Source: a virus (Duplodnaviria > Caudoviricetes). From it: DNA of 55,882 nucleotides. The position numbers were made by a program, and so were the translations under genes. The stretch is from positions 1-55,882 of the IMG/VR virus record IMGVR_UViG_3300007363_000002, one strand, 5' to 3'. Numbering within the stretch: position 1 is the stretch's first letter; every line of letters starts with the position of its first letter. A model generated the notes under the pieces. The model ran no database searches. It saw only the letters and a list, made by a program, of their open reading frames with translations, and was not told where the DNA came from. This document shows positions 6,159 to 15,348 of this stretch, in pieces.

Positions 6159-8409
6159 CGTCCTCGATCCTGCGGTCGTCGCGACACTGCCACCCGAGCT
6201 GCGGGTCTATGTCGACTGGCAGGAGCGCTGGTCGGCCACGGCGCGACCGAACCAGATCCCGCAGGAAGACTTCAGCGAGTGCGGCTTCATGGCCGGGCGC
6301 GGCTTCGGTAAGACACGCATCGGTGCCGAGTGGCTGGGCGCGAAGGCGGCCGAAGTGCCGAACACCTTCTGCGCCGTGATCGCGCCGACCTACGCCGACG
6401 TCAAGCACACGTGCTTCGAAGGTGAGAGCGGCCTGCTCAACGTCATACCCGAGGGGTTGATCAAGCGATACAACAGCTCGGATCTCGTACTCGAGATGAA
6501 GAGCGGAACGACGATACGCGGCTTCACGTCCGAGAAGCCAGCGCGTCTGCGCGGCCCCCAACACGAGTTTATTTGGTGCTTTATCGCGGGCACGCTTGTC
6601 CGCACGCCGTCCGGCGATGCGCCTATCGAGACGCTGCGCCCCGGCGACGTTGTCATGACGCGACGTGGACCGCGAGCCGTGCTGGCCAACAGCCGCCGCG
6701 ATGATCAGCCTGTTGGCGAAGTATCGTTCGACAACGGTGCGAAACTTGTTGGCACGGCGGACCATCCCGTGTATCTTAAATCCGGTTGGACGAGAATGGA
6801 CCAACTACAGATAGGAGATACGGCATGTGCGATCAGTGCATCGAGTGGGGCGGCAAGCGGTGGCACAAATACCGCAGCGGGTATTACGAGCGGACTGACA
6901 AGTCTGTTAAGCCTAAGCGCACGCTTCGCCTTCACCGCGAAGTCTGGCTTGACGCGCACGGCGAAATACCTGCGGGACACGACATCCATCACGTCAATGG
7001 CGACAAGGGCGACAACAGTCTGGACAACCTTGAGTGCCTATCTCACGGCGCACACAAGGCGCACCATATCGCCGACGATCCTATCCCTCGCTGCGACTGG
7101 ACCGCACGACCCGACATCACGTTGGCCTGCGTCGATTGCAAGTGCGAACTTATCCGCAAGCGGGCCACAACCAACCCGCGCTGCCGCAAGTGCGCTCAGG
7201 TCGCAGGTGACGACAAGCGGAAAGTTAAACGCATCTGCCAGTGTTGCGGCACCGAGTTCGTCTCCCGCGCCGGTAACTTCTGTAGCCAGCGTTGCGTCAA
7301 CGTGGCAACCGCAGGGGCGACAGTCCGTGTACTGCCTGAAGGTCGACAGCGAGCCTGAATACTTCGCCAACGGCATCCTCGTCCACAACTGCGACGAGCT
7401 GGCCGCGTGGCAGAACGCCAACGAAACATGGGACATGGCCATGATGGGCCTGCGTCTCGGTAAGGCTCCACAAGTTGTGTGGACCACGACCCCCCGCCCC
7501 GTGGAGCTGGTGCGCAAGCTGATCGTGCCGAAGGCTGGCCGCGTCGTGATCAGCGGCGCGACGTTCGACAACAAGGACAACCTGCCTGACCGCTTCTTCG
7601 AGCAGCTCGAGCAGTACGAGGGCACGACCATCGGCCGGCAGGAACTGTACGGCGAGCTGATCGATCCGGAAGAGAGCGGCGTCATCAAGCGGAGCTGGCT
7701 CAAGTTGTGGCCCGCGAAGAAGCCGCTGCCCGCCTTCGACTGGATCATCATGTCCCTCGACACCGCATACACCGAGGCGACCCGCGACAAGAAGAGCGGC
7801 GAGGCCGACTACACGGCATGCAGCGTCTGGGGCGTGTTCCAGCACGAAACCAAAGGCTACACCATCCTGCTGGACTGCTGGCAGGAGCAGCTCGGCATGC
7901 CCGACCTGATCAAGCGCGTGAAGAAGGAAATGAACACGGCATACGGCGACGATCAGGACGTCGCGTTGATCAAGCCCATGTACGGCAGCGCAAAGCCGCT
8001 GACGTCAGGGCGCAAGCCAGACATCCTGCTGATCGAGGACAAGGGGAGCGGCATCAGCTTGAGACAGATGCTCGAACGCGAGGGCATATTGGCGCACGCC
8101 TATAACCCCGGTCGGGCAGACAAGCTGGCGCGCCTGCACGTGGTCAGCCCGGTGTTCGCCCGGCGCAGGGTGTTCCTGCCCGAGAGCGACAAGTTCCCCG
8201 GCAAGCCGCGCGTCTGGTCCGACCCGCTGGTGGCGCAGCTATGCAGCTTCACCGGCAAGGGGAGCATCAAGCACGACGACTTCGTGGACAGCACGACGCA
8301 GGCCTTCCGCCTCATGATGGACAAGGGCATGCTCGGCACGCTGATCGACAAGCGGCGAGAGATAGACAAACCACCGCCGAAGGTGATACAGAACCCGTAC
8401 GGGCAATAA
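6151..8409 (+). CDS. terL: Terminase large subunit precursor containing an intein (481 aa after splicing)
   Basis: Walker A GRGFGKT, Walker B FIW|CDE split by the intein, coupling motif TTTP, RNase H-like LDTA...IEDK...HDDFVD. Confidence 0.95.
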   Translation: MLDVLDPAVVATLPPELRVYVDWQERWSATARPNQIPQEDFSECGFMAGRGFGKTRIGAEWLGAKAAEVPNTFCAVIAPTYADVKHTCFEGESGLLNVIPEGLIKRYNSSDLVLEMKSGTTIRGFTSEKPARLRGPQHEFIWCFIAGTLVRTPSGDAPIETLRPGDVVMTRRGPRAVLANSRRDDQPVGEVSFDNGAKLVGTADHPVYLKSGWTRMDQLQIGDTACAISASSGAASGGTNTAAGITSGLTSLLSLSARFAFTAKSGLTRTAKYLRDTTSITSMATRATTVWTTLSAYLTAHTRRTISPTILSLAATGPHDPTSRWPASIASANLSASGPQPTRAAASALRSQVTTSGKLNASASVAAPSSSPAPVTSVASVASTWQPQGRQSVYCLKVDSEPEYFANGILVHNCDELAAWQNANETWDMAMMGLRLGKAPQVVWTTTPRPVELVRKLIVPKAGRVVISGATFDNKDNLPDRFFEQLEQYEGTTIGRQELYGELIDPEESGVIKRSWLKLWPAKKPLPAFDWIIMSLDTAYTEATRDKKSGEADYTACSVWGVFQHETKGYTILLDCWQEQLGMPDLIKRVKKEMNTAYGDDQDVALIKPMYGSAKPLTSGRKPDILLIEDKGSGISLRQMLEREGILAHAYNPGRADKLARLHVVSPVFARRRVFLPESDKFPGKPRVWSDPLVAQLCSFTGKGSIKHDDFVDSTTQAFRLMMDKGMLGTLIDKRREIDKPPPKVIQNPYGQ
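6577..7389 (+). mobile_element. Intein (271 aa) in the TerL Walker B motif, with no in-frame endonuclease
   Basis: Block A CFIAGTLV, block B GTADHPV, block F VYCLKV..EYFANG, block G ILVHN followed by extein +1 Cys. Confidence 0.93.
6825..7358 (+). CDS. HNH endonuclease with C-terminal Zn ribbons, nested out of frame inside the intein
   Basis: LHREVW..HGEIPAGHDIHHVNGDKGDNSLDNLECL (HNH_3-type) plus CVDC, CRKC, CQCC and FCSQRC; AGGAG at 6813-6817 lies 7 nt before ATG 6825. Confidence 0.88.
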   Translation: MCDQCIEWGGKRWHKYRSGYYERTDKSVKPKRTLRLHREVWLDAHGEIPAGHDIHHVNGDKGDNSLDNLECLSHGAHKAHHIADDPIPRCDWTARPDITLACVDCKCELIRKRATTNPRCRKCAQVAGDDKRKVKRICQCCGTEFVSRAGNFCSQRCVNVATAGATVRVLPEGRQRA

Positions 8410-8419
8410 GGATTAGGCA

Positions 8420-10981
8420 ATGATCGAAGACGAAGAAACTCTCGAAGGCGAGATGGTTGAGTTCGATGGCGAGGAAGTCAGCGACGTTGAGGACACCGAG
8501 GACGGTGGCGCTATCGTCACGCTTGAGGAACTCGGACCGGCCGCAGGCGACAGTGAGTTCTACGACAACCTCGCCGAGACTATGCCCGAACCGGACCTAA
8601 AGTCACTGGCGTCGAAGTTCCTCGAACTGATCAGCAAGGACAAAGAGGCGCGCAAGAAGCGCGACGAGCAGTACGAAGAAGGCATCCGCCGCACAGGTCT
8701 GGGCGACGACGCCCCCGGCGGCGCACAATTCAACGGCGCATCGAAGGTCGTCCACCCGATGATGACCGAGGCGTGCATCGACTTCGCATCACGCGCCATC
8801 AAGGAGCTGCTGCCCCCGCAAGGTCCGGCCAAGGATCTGATCGAGGGCGAGGCCACGGTCGAGAAGATCCAGAAGGCGAAGCGCAAGACGTCCCTCATGA
8901 ACTGGCAGCTCACGGTGCAGAGCCAAGAGTTCCGCTCCGAGCTTGAGCAGCTCCTGACGCAGGTGCCGCTCGGCGGCGCGCAGTACTTGAAGCTGTCGTG
9001 GGACGAGGCGCGCAACCGCCCCGGCTTCCTTGCCGTCATGATCGACGACATGTACCTGCCCTTCGCGGCGACCAACTTCTACACCGCGCAGCGCAAGACG
9101 CACGTGCAGTACCTGACGCAGCTCGACTATGAGCAGCGCGTCCAGAGCGGCATGTATCGCGACGTCGACCTGTCGCCCGTCGGTCTTGAGCCTGACCGCT
9201 CGGCCGCCGACATCGCCAACGACAAGATCGAGGGACGCACCGACACCAGTTACAACGAGGATGGACTGCGCACCGTGTTCGAGTGCCACGTCATCGCCGA
9301 CGTCGAGGGTGACGGCAACGCGCCGTACATCATCACCATCGACAAGCCGTCGAGCAAGGTGCTCGCGATCTACCGCAACTGGGACGAAGAGGACGAGAGC
9401 CGCGAGCCGCTAGACTGGTTCGTCGAGTTCCCGTTCATCCCATGGCGCGGCGCGTACCCAATCGGCCTGCCGCACATGATCGGCGGCCTGTCCGCTGCCG
9501 CGACCGGCGCACTGCGCGCACTGATGGACAGCGCGCACATCCAGAACATCCCGACGATGCTCAAGCTGAAGGGCGGCACACGCGGCGGCCAGTCGCTGAA
9601 CATCCAGCCGACGCAAGTCGAGGAGATTGAGGGCGGCCTGAACGTCGACGACGTCCGCAAGCTGGCCATGCCCATCCCCTTCAACCCGCCATCGCCGACC
9701 CTGTTCCAGTTGCTGGGCTTCGTGGTCGACGCAGGCAAGGGCGTGGTCCGCACGTCAATGGACAACCTTGCCGACCAGAACCCGAACGCGCCTGTCGGCA
9801 CGACGCTCGCCCTGATCCAAGAGGGCATGACCGTGTTCTCGTCGATCCACGCGCGCCTGCACAATTCGATGGCCCGCACGCTGCGCATCCTGCATCGCCT
9901 CAATGCGATGTATCTGGACGACGCGGACGTGAAGCACGAGGTCGGCGAAGTGCTGGCCTCACGCGCAGACTTCGAAGGCCCGATGGACGTCGTGCCCGTG
10001 TCCGACCCGTCGATCTTCAGTGAGGCGCAGCGCTTCGCGCAGGTGCAGGCCGTGTCGCAGCGCGCCGCCGCACTGCCGCAACTGTACGATCAGCGCAAGG
10101 TTGAGGAGCGTCTGCTCGAGACACTGCGCATCCCGAACCCGCAGGATCTGCTCGTCGCGCCGCTGGAGCCGAAGGCGCAGAACGCAGTCAACGAGAACGT
10201 CGCGGCCACAATGGGCCGACCGATTGTCGCCTTCCCCGAGCAGGACCACATCGCCCACCTCAAGACGCACTTGGCGTACATGACGAACCCCGCGCTCGGC
10301 GGCAGCCAGCTCATAGCGCCGACGTACCTGCCGGGGATACTCGAGCACATCAAGGAGCACCTTGCCCTGTGGTACGCGGCGACCGTGCTTGAACTGGCCG
10401 AGGACACGTCCGGCATCGACATCAGCGAGGACATGAAGAACCTCAAGGACGACGAGGCCAAGCGTGCGTTCGACCGCATGCTCGCCGAGGCGTCGCAGAC
10501 TGTGGTTACCGACGCAACCGAAGTGTTCGCCGCGCTGCCGCCTGTCATTGCGCAGGCCATGGATATGATGCAGCAGCTCGCACCGCAGCCGCCACAAGAC
10601 CCGCGCACCGCGCTTGAGGGTCAGAAGCTACAGGCACAGCAACAGCGCGATCAGGCGCAGATGCAGCTCGACGGCCAGAAGATGCAGATGCAGATGCAGA
10701 AGGACCAGACGGCCATGCAGATCGAGGGTCAGAAGATGCAGGCCGACGCGATGCAGAGCCAAGCCGAGATGCAGCTTCAGGCACAGAAGCTACAGATCGA
10801 GCAGCAGCTTGAGCAGATGAAGCAGGACCGCGAGGACGCCCGCAAGTCAGCCGAACTGAACGCTCGCATGACCATGAATGCACAAGACAATCAGACAGCC
10901 ATGCAGCTTGCGCAGGCCGAGATCATGTCTGGCGAACGCATCGCGGTGTCAACAGGCACCGGGATAAACCCGAACCCGTAA
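8420..10981 (+). CDS. Portal protein (P22-like podoviral type) with a Q/M-rich coiled-coil tail
   Basis: 853 aa immediately after TerL; SKVVHP motif; long Gln-rich helical C-terminus. Confidence 0.85.
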   Translation: MIEDEETLEGEMVEFDGEEVSDVEDTEDGGAIVTLEELGPAAGDSEFYDNLAETMPEPDLKSLASKFLELISKDKEARKKRDEQYEEGIRRTGLGDDAPGGAQFNGASKVVHPMMTEACIDFASRAIKELLPPQGPAKDLIEGEATVEKIQKAKRKTSLMNWQLTVQSQEFRSELEQLLTQVPLGGAQYLKLSWDEARNRPGFLAVMIDDMYLPFAATNFYTAQRKTHVQYLTQLDYEQRVQSGMYRDVDLSPVGLEPDRSAADIANDKIEGRTDTSYNEDGLRTVFECHVIADVEGDGNAPYIITIDKPSSKVLAIYRNWDEEDESREPLDWFVEFPFIPWRGAYPIGLPHMIGGLSAAATGALRALMDSAHIQNIPTMLKLKGGTRGGQSLNIQPTQVEEIEGGLNVDDVRKLAMPIPFNPPSPTLFQLLGFVVDAGKGVVRTSMDNLADQNPNAPVGTTLALIQEGMTVFSSIHARLHNSMARTLRILHRLNAMYLDDADVKHEVGEVLASRADFEGPMDVVPVSDPSIFSEAQRFAQVQAVSQRAAALPQLYDQRKVEERLLETLRIPNPQDLLVAPLEPKAQNAVNENVAATMGRPIVAFPEQDHIAHLKTHLAYMTNPALGGSQLIAPTYLPGILEHIKEHLALWYAATVLELAEDTSGIDISEDMKNLKDDEAKRAFDRMLAEASQTVVTDATEVFAALPPVIAQAMDMMQQLAPQPPQDPRTALEGQKLQAQQQRDQAQMQLDGQKMQMQMQKDQTAMQIEGQKMQADAMQSQAEMQLQAQKLQIEQQLEQMKQDREDARKSAELNARMTMNAQDNQTAMQLAQAEIMSGERIAVSTGTGINPNP

Positions 10982-10991
10982 GGAAATCCAT

Positions 10992-11126
10992 ATGGCAAAC
11001 AATGCAACAACCGCGACACCGAAGGGCCACAGCCCAAAGGCGAGCGACAAGTTTATCCCCATGCACAAGAAAATGGCAATGGGCGTCATGCCTCCTGTTG
11101 GTAAGTCACCCAAGACACCAGCATGA
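10992..11126 (+). CDS. 44-aa basic protein (not in ORF track)
   Basis: AAGGA SD; MANNATTATPKGHSPKASDKFIPMHKKMAMGVMPPVGKSPKTPA; ATGA coupling to the next gene. Confidence 0.6.
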   Translation: MANNATTATPKGHSPKASDKFIPMHKKMAMGVMPPVGKSPKTPA

Positions 11127-11311
11127 GAATAGAAACCCTCCTCCAGCGTCTCGAGACAGAACAGGCAGCGATGGCTGTTGAGACGATGGAGAGGCCGTCC
11201 GGCAAGACCGAGTTCGATTATGGACGCGCCGTTGGCCTGTACGCTGGATTGCAGCGGGCCAAGGAAATCCTGATCGACACGGTCGCGGAGGACAACAAAC
11301 GTGAATTTTAG
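11123..11311 (+). CDS. Small conserved head-module protein
   Basis: FDYGRAVGLYAGL motif, typical between portal and GroES in such phages. Confidence 0.7.
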   Translation: MRIETLLQRLETEQAAMAVETMERPSGKTEFDYGRAVGLYAGLQRAKEILIDTVAEDNKREF

Positions 11312-11319
11312 GAGCACAC

Positions 11320-11745
11320 ATGCAGATAAATGGAAACAGCGTCGAGTTTAGTTACGACGGCCTCGACGAGGCATTCCCACCCTGTGACGCAGGCGTGAAG
11401 CCCTTCGGCTCTCGCGTACTGGTACAGATCCGTACGCCAAAGACGAAGACGAAGGGTGGCATCATCCTGACGGGCGACGTCCGCGAGACGGAGCACTACA
11501 ACACGCAGGTCGCCAAGGTCATCGACGTTGGCAGCCTCGCGTTCAAGAACCGCAACACAATGGAACATTGGCCCGAAGGGTCGTGGTGCGAAGTCGGCGA
11601 CTTCGTCCGCGTGCCCCGCTACGGCGGTGACCGTTGGTCGGTAAAGACCGATGATGGAGAAGAGGCCATCGTCGTAATCTTCAACGATCTTGATTTGGTG
11701 GGTAAGGTCACTGGTGACCCGCTTGCCGTCAAGGCATTCCTCTAG
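11320..11745 (+). CDS. groES: GroES/Cpn10-like co-chaperonin
   Basis: KPFGSRVLV..KTKTKGGIIL..AKVIDVG..EVGDFV..RYGG..IFNDLDLVG. Confidence 0.85.
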   Translation: MQINGNSVEFSYDGLDEAFPPCDAGVKPFGSRVLVQIRTPKTKTKGGIILTGDVRETEHYNTQVAKVIDVGSLAFKNRNTMEHWPEGSWCEVGDFVRVPRYGGDRWSVKTDDGEEAIVVIFNDLDLVGKVTGDPLAVKAFL

Positions 11746-11755
11746 GAGCATGAAT

Positions 11756-12700
11756 ATGGCTGACAACCAACTTACAGAAAATGACGGTGAAGACGAGTTT
11801 GAAATCATCGAAGGCGAGGCACCCGTAGAGGAGGCCGAGGCCGAAGAAGCTGACGACAGCGACGACGACGAGGACGAAGGCGACGGGCGGCTTGGCGACA
11901 GCGAAGACGACAGCGACGAGGAAATCGCCAGTAAGAGCCGCAGCAACGTCAAGCGCCAGAAACAGCGCGAGCGGCAGCGGCGCGCCAAGGAGCACGCAGA
12001 TCGCGAGCTTGCCTTGCTGCGTGAGCAGAACGATGCGCTACTGCGCCGCGTATCTGTCATCGAGGGCAACACCCTCGCCAGCAACGTAAACGCCATCGAC
12101 CAACGCATCGCTCAGGCTCAGGCCGACGTGAAGCAGGCCGAGGCGATCATCGCACGCGCAGTCGAGGCCGGTAACGGCGACGACGTGGCAACGGCGATGC
12201 GCCTGCGTGACGAAGCGCAGTACGAGGCGCAGCAACTGTGGCAGCAGAAGCAGCAAGTGGAGCAGGTCCGCCAGCAACACGCCAACCCCGGCCCTGACCC
12301 GCGCGTAGTAAACTACGCGAAGGAATGGATGAACGCGAACCCATGGTACGACCCGAGCGGCCGTGACGAGGACAGCGCCATCACGAAGGTCATCGACAAC
12401 CAGCTCGCCGCCGAGGGGTACAACCCCAAGGACGCCGATTACTGGCACGAACTGACCCGCCGCGTGGCCGCACGCATTGGTGACGACGAAGCGGTTGAAA
12501 CCCGCGCAAGTACTAGCAAACGTAAGGCACCACCGACCGGAACGACGCGTGAGCACGCGCCCGTTTCGACTAAGAAAGAAATCTACGTGACACCCGAACG
12601 AAAGCAAGCTATGATAGACGCAGGTATTTGGGATGACGTTCCACGTCGTAACCAGATGCTCAAGGCTTATCAGGCTTACGACAAAAGTTCGGCTCGCTGA
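11756..12700 (+). CDS. Probable capsid scaffolding protein
   Basis: Acidic N-terminus and coiled coil; upstream of the capsid genes; AGGAG SD. Confidence 0.65.
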   Translation: MADNQLTENDGEDEFEIIEGEAPVEEAEAEEADDSDDDEDEGDGRLGDSEDDSDEEIASKSRSNVKRQKQRERQRRAKEHADRELALLREQNDALLRRVSVIEGNTLASNVNAIDQRIAQAQADVKQAEAIIARAVEAGNGDDVATAMRLRDEAQYEAQQLWQQKQQVEQVRQQHANPGPDPRVVNYAKEWMNANPWYDPSGRDEDSAITKVIDNQLAAEGYNPKDADYWHELTRRVAARIGDDEAVETRASTSKRKAPPTGTTREHAPVSTKKEIYVTPERKQAMIDAGIWDDVPRRNQMLKAYQAYDKSSAR

Positions 12701-12718
12701 AAACTGGAGTGAGACAAC

Positions 12719-13258
12719 ATGACAAATAGTACTGATGAGCGTTTGAAGAAGGAACTCGGTGTAGGACGGCAGTCACGCGAAATGGAGGACCGACAGGTCA
12801 CCGAAAATCGCGAAGTGACTGATGACGACCGGCTCGAGATGTTCCGGGCGCAGTTATTTAATGACGCACTACCTGATCTACCGAATATACCGGGGTATCA
12901 CGTGTGCTGGCTCACGACGACGAACCCTCGTGACCCTATCCACCGTCGCATTCAGCTCGGATACGAGCCGATTAAAGCGTCGGAGGTGCCGGGCATGGAG
13001 TTCGCCTCAGTCAAAACCGGCGAATGGGCCGGAATGGTTGGGGTAAACGAGATGATCGCGTTTAAGCTGCCCGAAACCTTGTATCAAAGGTTTATGCAGG
13101 AAGCTCACCACGATGCTCCGTTACGTGAAGAGAACAAACTGGCCGAGACCGCAGAGATCATGCGGCAACAGGCAGAAGGTTCGGGCAGCACGTTGTTCGA
13201 GGGTGACGGGATGATGGAGATGCGTGAGCATAACCCGCGCATTGGTCTTTTCGACTGA
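12719..13258 (+). CDS. Conserved head-module protein
   Basis: PGYHVCWL..LGYEP motif; position between scaffold and capsid genes. Confidence 0.7.
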   Translation: MTNSTDERLKKELGVGRQSREMEDRQVTENREVTDDDRLEMFRAQLFNDALPDLPNIPGYHVCWLTTTNPRDPIHRRIQLGYEPIKASEVPGMEFASVKTGEWAGMVGVNEMIAFKLPETLYQRFMQEAHHDAPLREENKLAETAEIMRQQAEGSGSTLFEGDGMMEMREHNPRIGLFD

Positions 13259-13294
13259 TAGCGGGTCCACCCAACCAACAAGAGGTTTAAGGCT

Positions 13295-13861
13295 ATGTCT
13301 TCGGTATCACAACCGTTCGGCCTACGTCCTGTATACTCGCCAAGCGGTGTGGTTCGTCCTACCGCCTACTCGATCCTTACAGGCTACGCGTCGAACATTC
13401 TACAGAACCAGCCAGTCAAGATTGTAACATCTTCGACCGGCGAAGGCACCATCGCTGCGGCCGCCATCGGCGACCGCTTCATCGGCACCTTCCAAGGCGT
13501 TGAGTTCACGGACACAGACGGTCGCCGTCGCGTTTCCAACAAGTGGACTGCATCGCTCGCAGCGACTGACATCGTTGCGTACGTCACGCTCGACCCGACC
13601 ATCGTTTACGAAATCCAGAGCAACGCTGCTCTGACCGTAGCCGACATCGGTAAGCAGTACGACTTCACCACCATCGGTACTGGTTCGACTGTTGTCGGCA
13701 TCAGCCAGATGATGCTTGACGTCGCTTCGGCTGCTGCGAACGCGTCGTTCCGCCTGATCGGTATCACACCCGGTCCCGACAACAACTGGGGTGACACATA
13801 CGTCATCGCTCAGGTCCAAATCAGCGAACATCAGAACGTCGCTGACGTGGCCGCATACTAA
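13295..13861 (+). CDS. Probable capsid decoration/minor capsid protein
   Basis: PFGLRP..GTFQGVEFTD..DPTIVYEIQ; directly upstream of the major capsid gene. Confidence 0.65.
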   Translation: MSSVSQPFGLRPVYSPSGVVRPTAYSILTGYASNILQNQPVKIVTSSTGEGTIAAAAIGDRFIGTFQGVEFTDTDGRRRVSNKWTASLAATDIVAYVTLDPTIVYEIQSNAALTVADIGKQYDFTTIGTGSTVVGISQMMLDVASAAANASFRLIGITPGPDNNWGDTYVIAQVQISEHQNVADVAAY

Positions 13862-13874
13862 GGAGGGCTGAACT

Positions 13875-14789
13875 ATGGCTACCCCAATGCGGAGTACAGA
13901 CTTCCGCTCAATCGTTGAGCCGATCCTGAACGAAGAGTTCAACGGCATCTATGATCAACGCGCTGATGAATGGGCGCAGGTCTTCAAAGAGTTTAAGGGT
14001 ATTCCCCGTAACTACCACGAAGAGCCTGTCCTGTTCGGCTTTGGTGCTGCGCCAGAATTGCCAGACGGCATGCCTGTCACGTATCAATCCGGCGGCGTGC
14101 TGTTCATTCAGCGCTACGTGTATCGCGTCTACGGCCTCGCCTTTGCATTGACAAAGGTTCTGGTGGAAGATGGCGATCACATCCGTATCGGTCAGACCTA
14201 TGCTCGTCACCTTGCACAGTCGCTGATCGAAACCAAGGAAACCCTTGGTGCCAACATCCTGAACCGCGCCTTCAACAGCGCGTATGCAGGCGGCGACGGC
14301 GTATCGTTGGTCAACACGGCTCACCCAATCGCAACTGGTACGTTCTCGAACCAGCTTTCGACCGCAGCCAACCTGTCGCAGACCTCGCTTGAGCAGATGC
14401 TCATTCAGATCCGCAACGCAGTAGACAACAACGGCAAGCGCATCCGCTTGACACCTAAGAAGATCGTTTCCGGTCCTTCGAACGTGTTCCAAGCTGAAGT
14501 ATTGCTGAAGTCCACACTGCGCGCAGGCACCGCGAACAACGACATCAACCCTGTCAATTCGATGGGACTTTTGAGCGAAGGCCAAGCCAACCTTTCGCGT
14601 ATCACCTCGACCACTGCATGGTGGGTACAGACTGATGCGCCAGAAGGCTTGAAGCTCGCTATGCGTCGTGGTCTTGAGAAGAGCATGGAAGGCGACTTCG
14701 AAACCGACAGCATGCGCTACAAGGCTACCGAGCGTTATGCGTTCGGTTGGACCGATCCACGTGGCGTATACGGTACGGCTGGCATCTAA
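13875..14789 (+). CDS. Major capsid protein (Mu gpT-like family)
   Basis: 304 aa; strong AGGAGG SD; C-terminal EGDFETDSMRYKATERYAFGWTDPRGVYG. Confidence 0.85.
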   Translation: MATPMRSTDFRSIVEPILNEEFNGIYDQRADEWAQVFKEFKGIPRNYHEEPVLFGFGAAPELPDGMPVTYQSGGVLFIQRYVYRVYGLAFALTKVLVEDGDHIRIGQTYARHLAQSLIETKETLGANILNRAFNSAYAGGDGVSLVNTAHPIATGTFSNQLSTAANLSQTSLEQMLIQIRNAVDNNGKRIRLTPKKIVSGPSNVFQAEVLLKSTLRAGTANNDINPVNSMGLLSEGQANLSRITSTTAWWVQTDAPEGLKLAMRRGLEKSMEGDFETDSMRYKATERYAFGWTDPRGVYGTAGI

Positions 14790-14796
14790 TTGGGTT

Positions 14797-14814
14797 GGGG
14801 GGCTTCGGCTCCCC
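14797..14814 (+). terminator. cUUCGg hairpin after the capsid gene (attenuator or stabiliser)
   Basis: ggggggc-ttcg-gctcccc; weak U tract. Confidence 0.4.
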
Positions 14815-14838
14815 TCCCTTCTCTAAAGGAGAAACTAA

Positions 14839-15282
14839 ATGTCACAAACTACTTGGAGCGGACCTCTTGCCTCCGGCGATATTAACGCCGGTAAGACAGG
14901 CGGCCCGAACATCGGCCTCGCGGTTCTTTCACAGACTGTGTTGATCGACTTCGACGCGACACTCGTGCAAAACAAAACGGTCTATTTGCCTTTCGGCTCG
15001 CAGATCGTTGACGTCATTGTTGACGAGCTTGTTGCGTTCAACAGCGCAACGTCGGCCACTCTCTCGGTGGGCACAACCTCTGGCGGTACTGAGTACGTCA
15101 GCGGCGTGAACGTCAAGACGACCGGCCGCAAGTCAAACAGCTATTCGGCTGCCCAGCTTGCTGCGATGGACAACATCGGATCAAACGGAACTGTCGTTGC
15201 GACAGTAACGTCCGTTGGTCAGCCTACGGCTGGTCAAGTCCGCGTCACGTACTTGTACGTGCAGACAACGGCTAATGACTAA
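14839..15282 (+). CDS. Virion structural protein
   Basis: Beta-rich and Thr/Val-rich; AAGGAG SD; follows the capsid gene. Confidence 0.65.
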   Translation: MSQTTWSGPLASGDINAGKTGGPNIGLAVLSQTVLIDFDATLVQNKTVYLPFGSQIVDVIVDELVAFNSATSATLSVGTTSGGTEYVSGVNVKTTGRKSNSYSAAQLAAMDNIGSNGTVVATVTSVGQPTAGQVRVTYLYVQTTAND

Positions 15283-15303
15283 GCATTAGTCTTATGATAT
15301 AAG

Positions 15304-15328
15304 AGGGGGTCGCCTTCGGGTGGCCCCT
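15304..15328 (+). terminator. cUUCGg hairpin (possible terminator)
   Basis: agggggtcgcc-ttcg-ggtggcccct in the intergenic gap. Confidence 0.4.
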
Positions 15329-15348
15329 GATTATCAAGGAATATACAG

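Noticed and set aside
6786-6824. TTG start at 6786 for the nested HNH, or a programmed frameshift fusing intein and HNH
   Set aside because: ATG 6825 has a well-spaced AGGAG SD, I saw no obvious slippery heptamer, and the TerL frame is open throughout. A frameshift is not excluded experimentally.
10610-10920. cagatg/gcag repeats in the portal 3' end as a DNA repeat element
   Set aside because: Explained by the Gln/Met-rich coiled-coil coding sequence.
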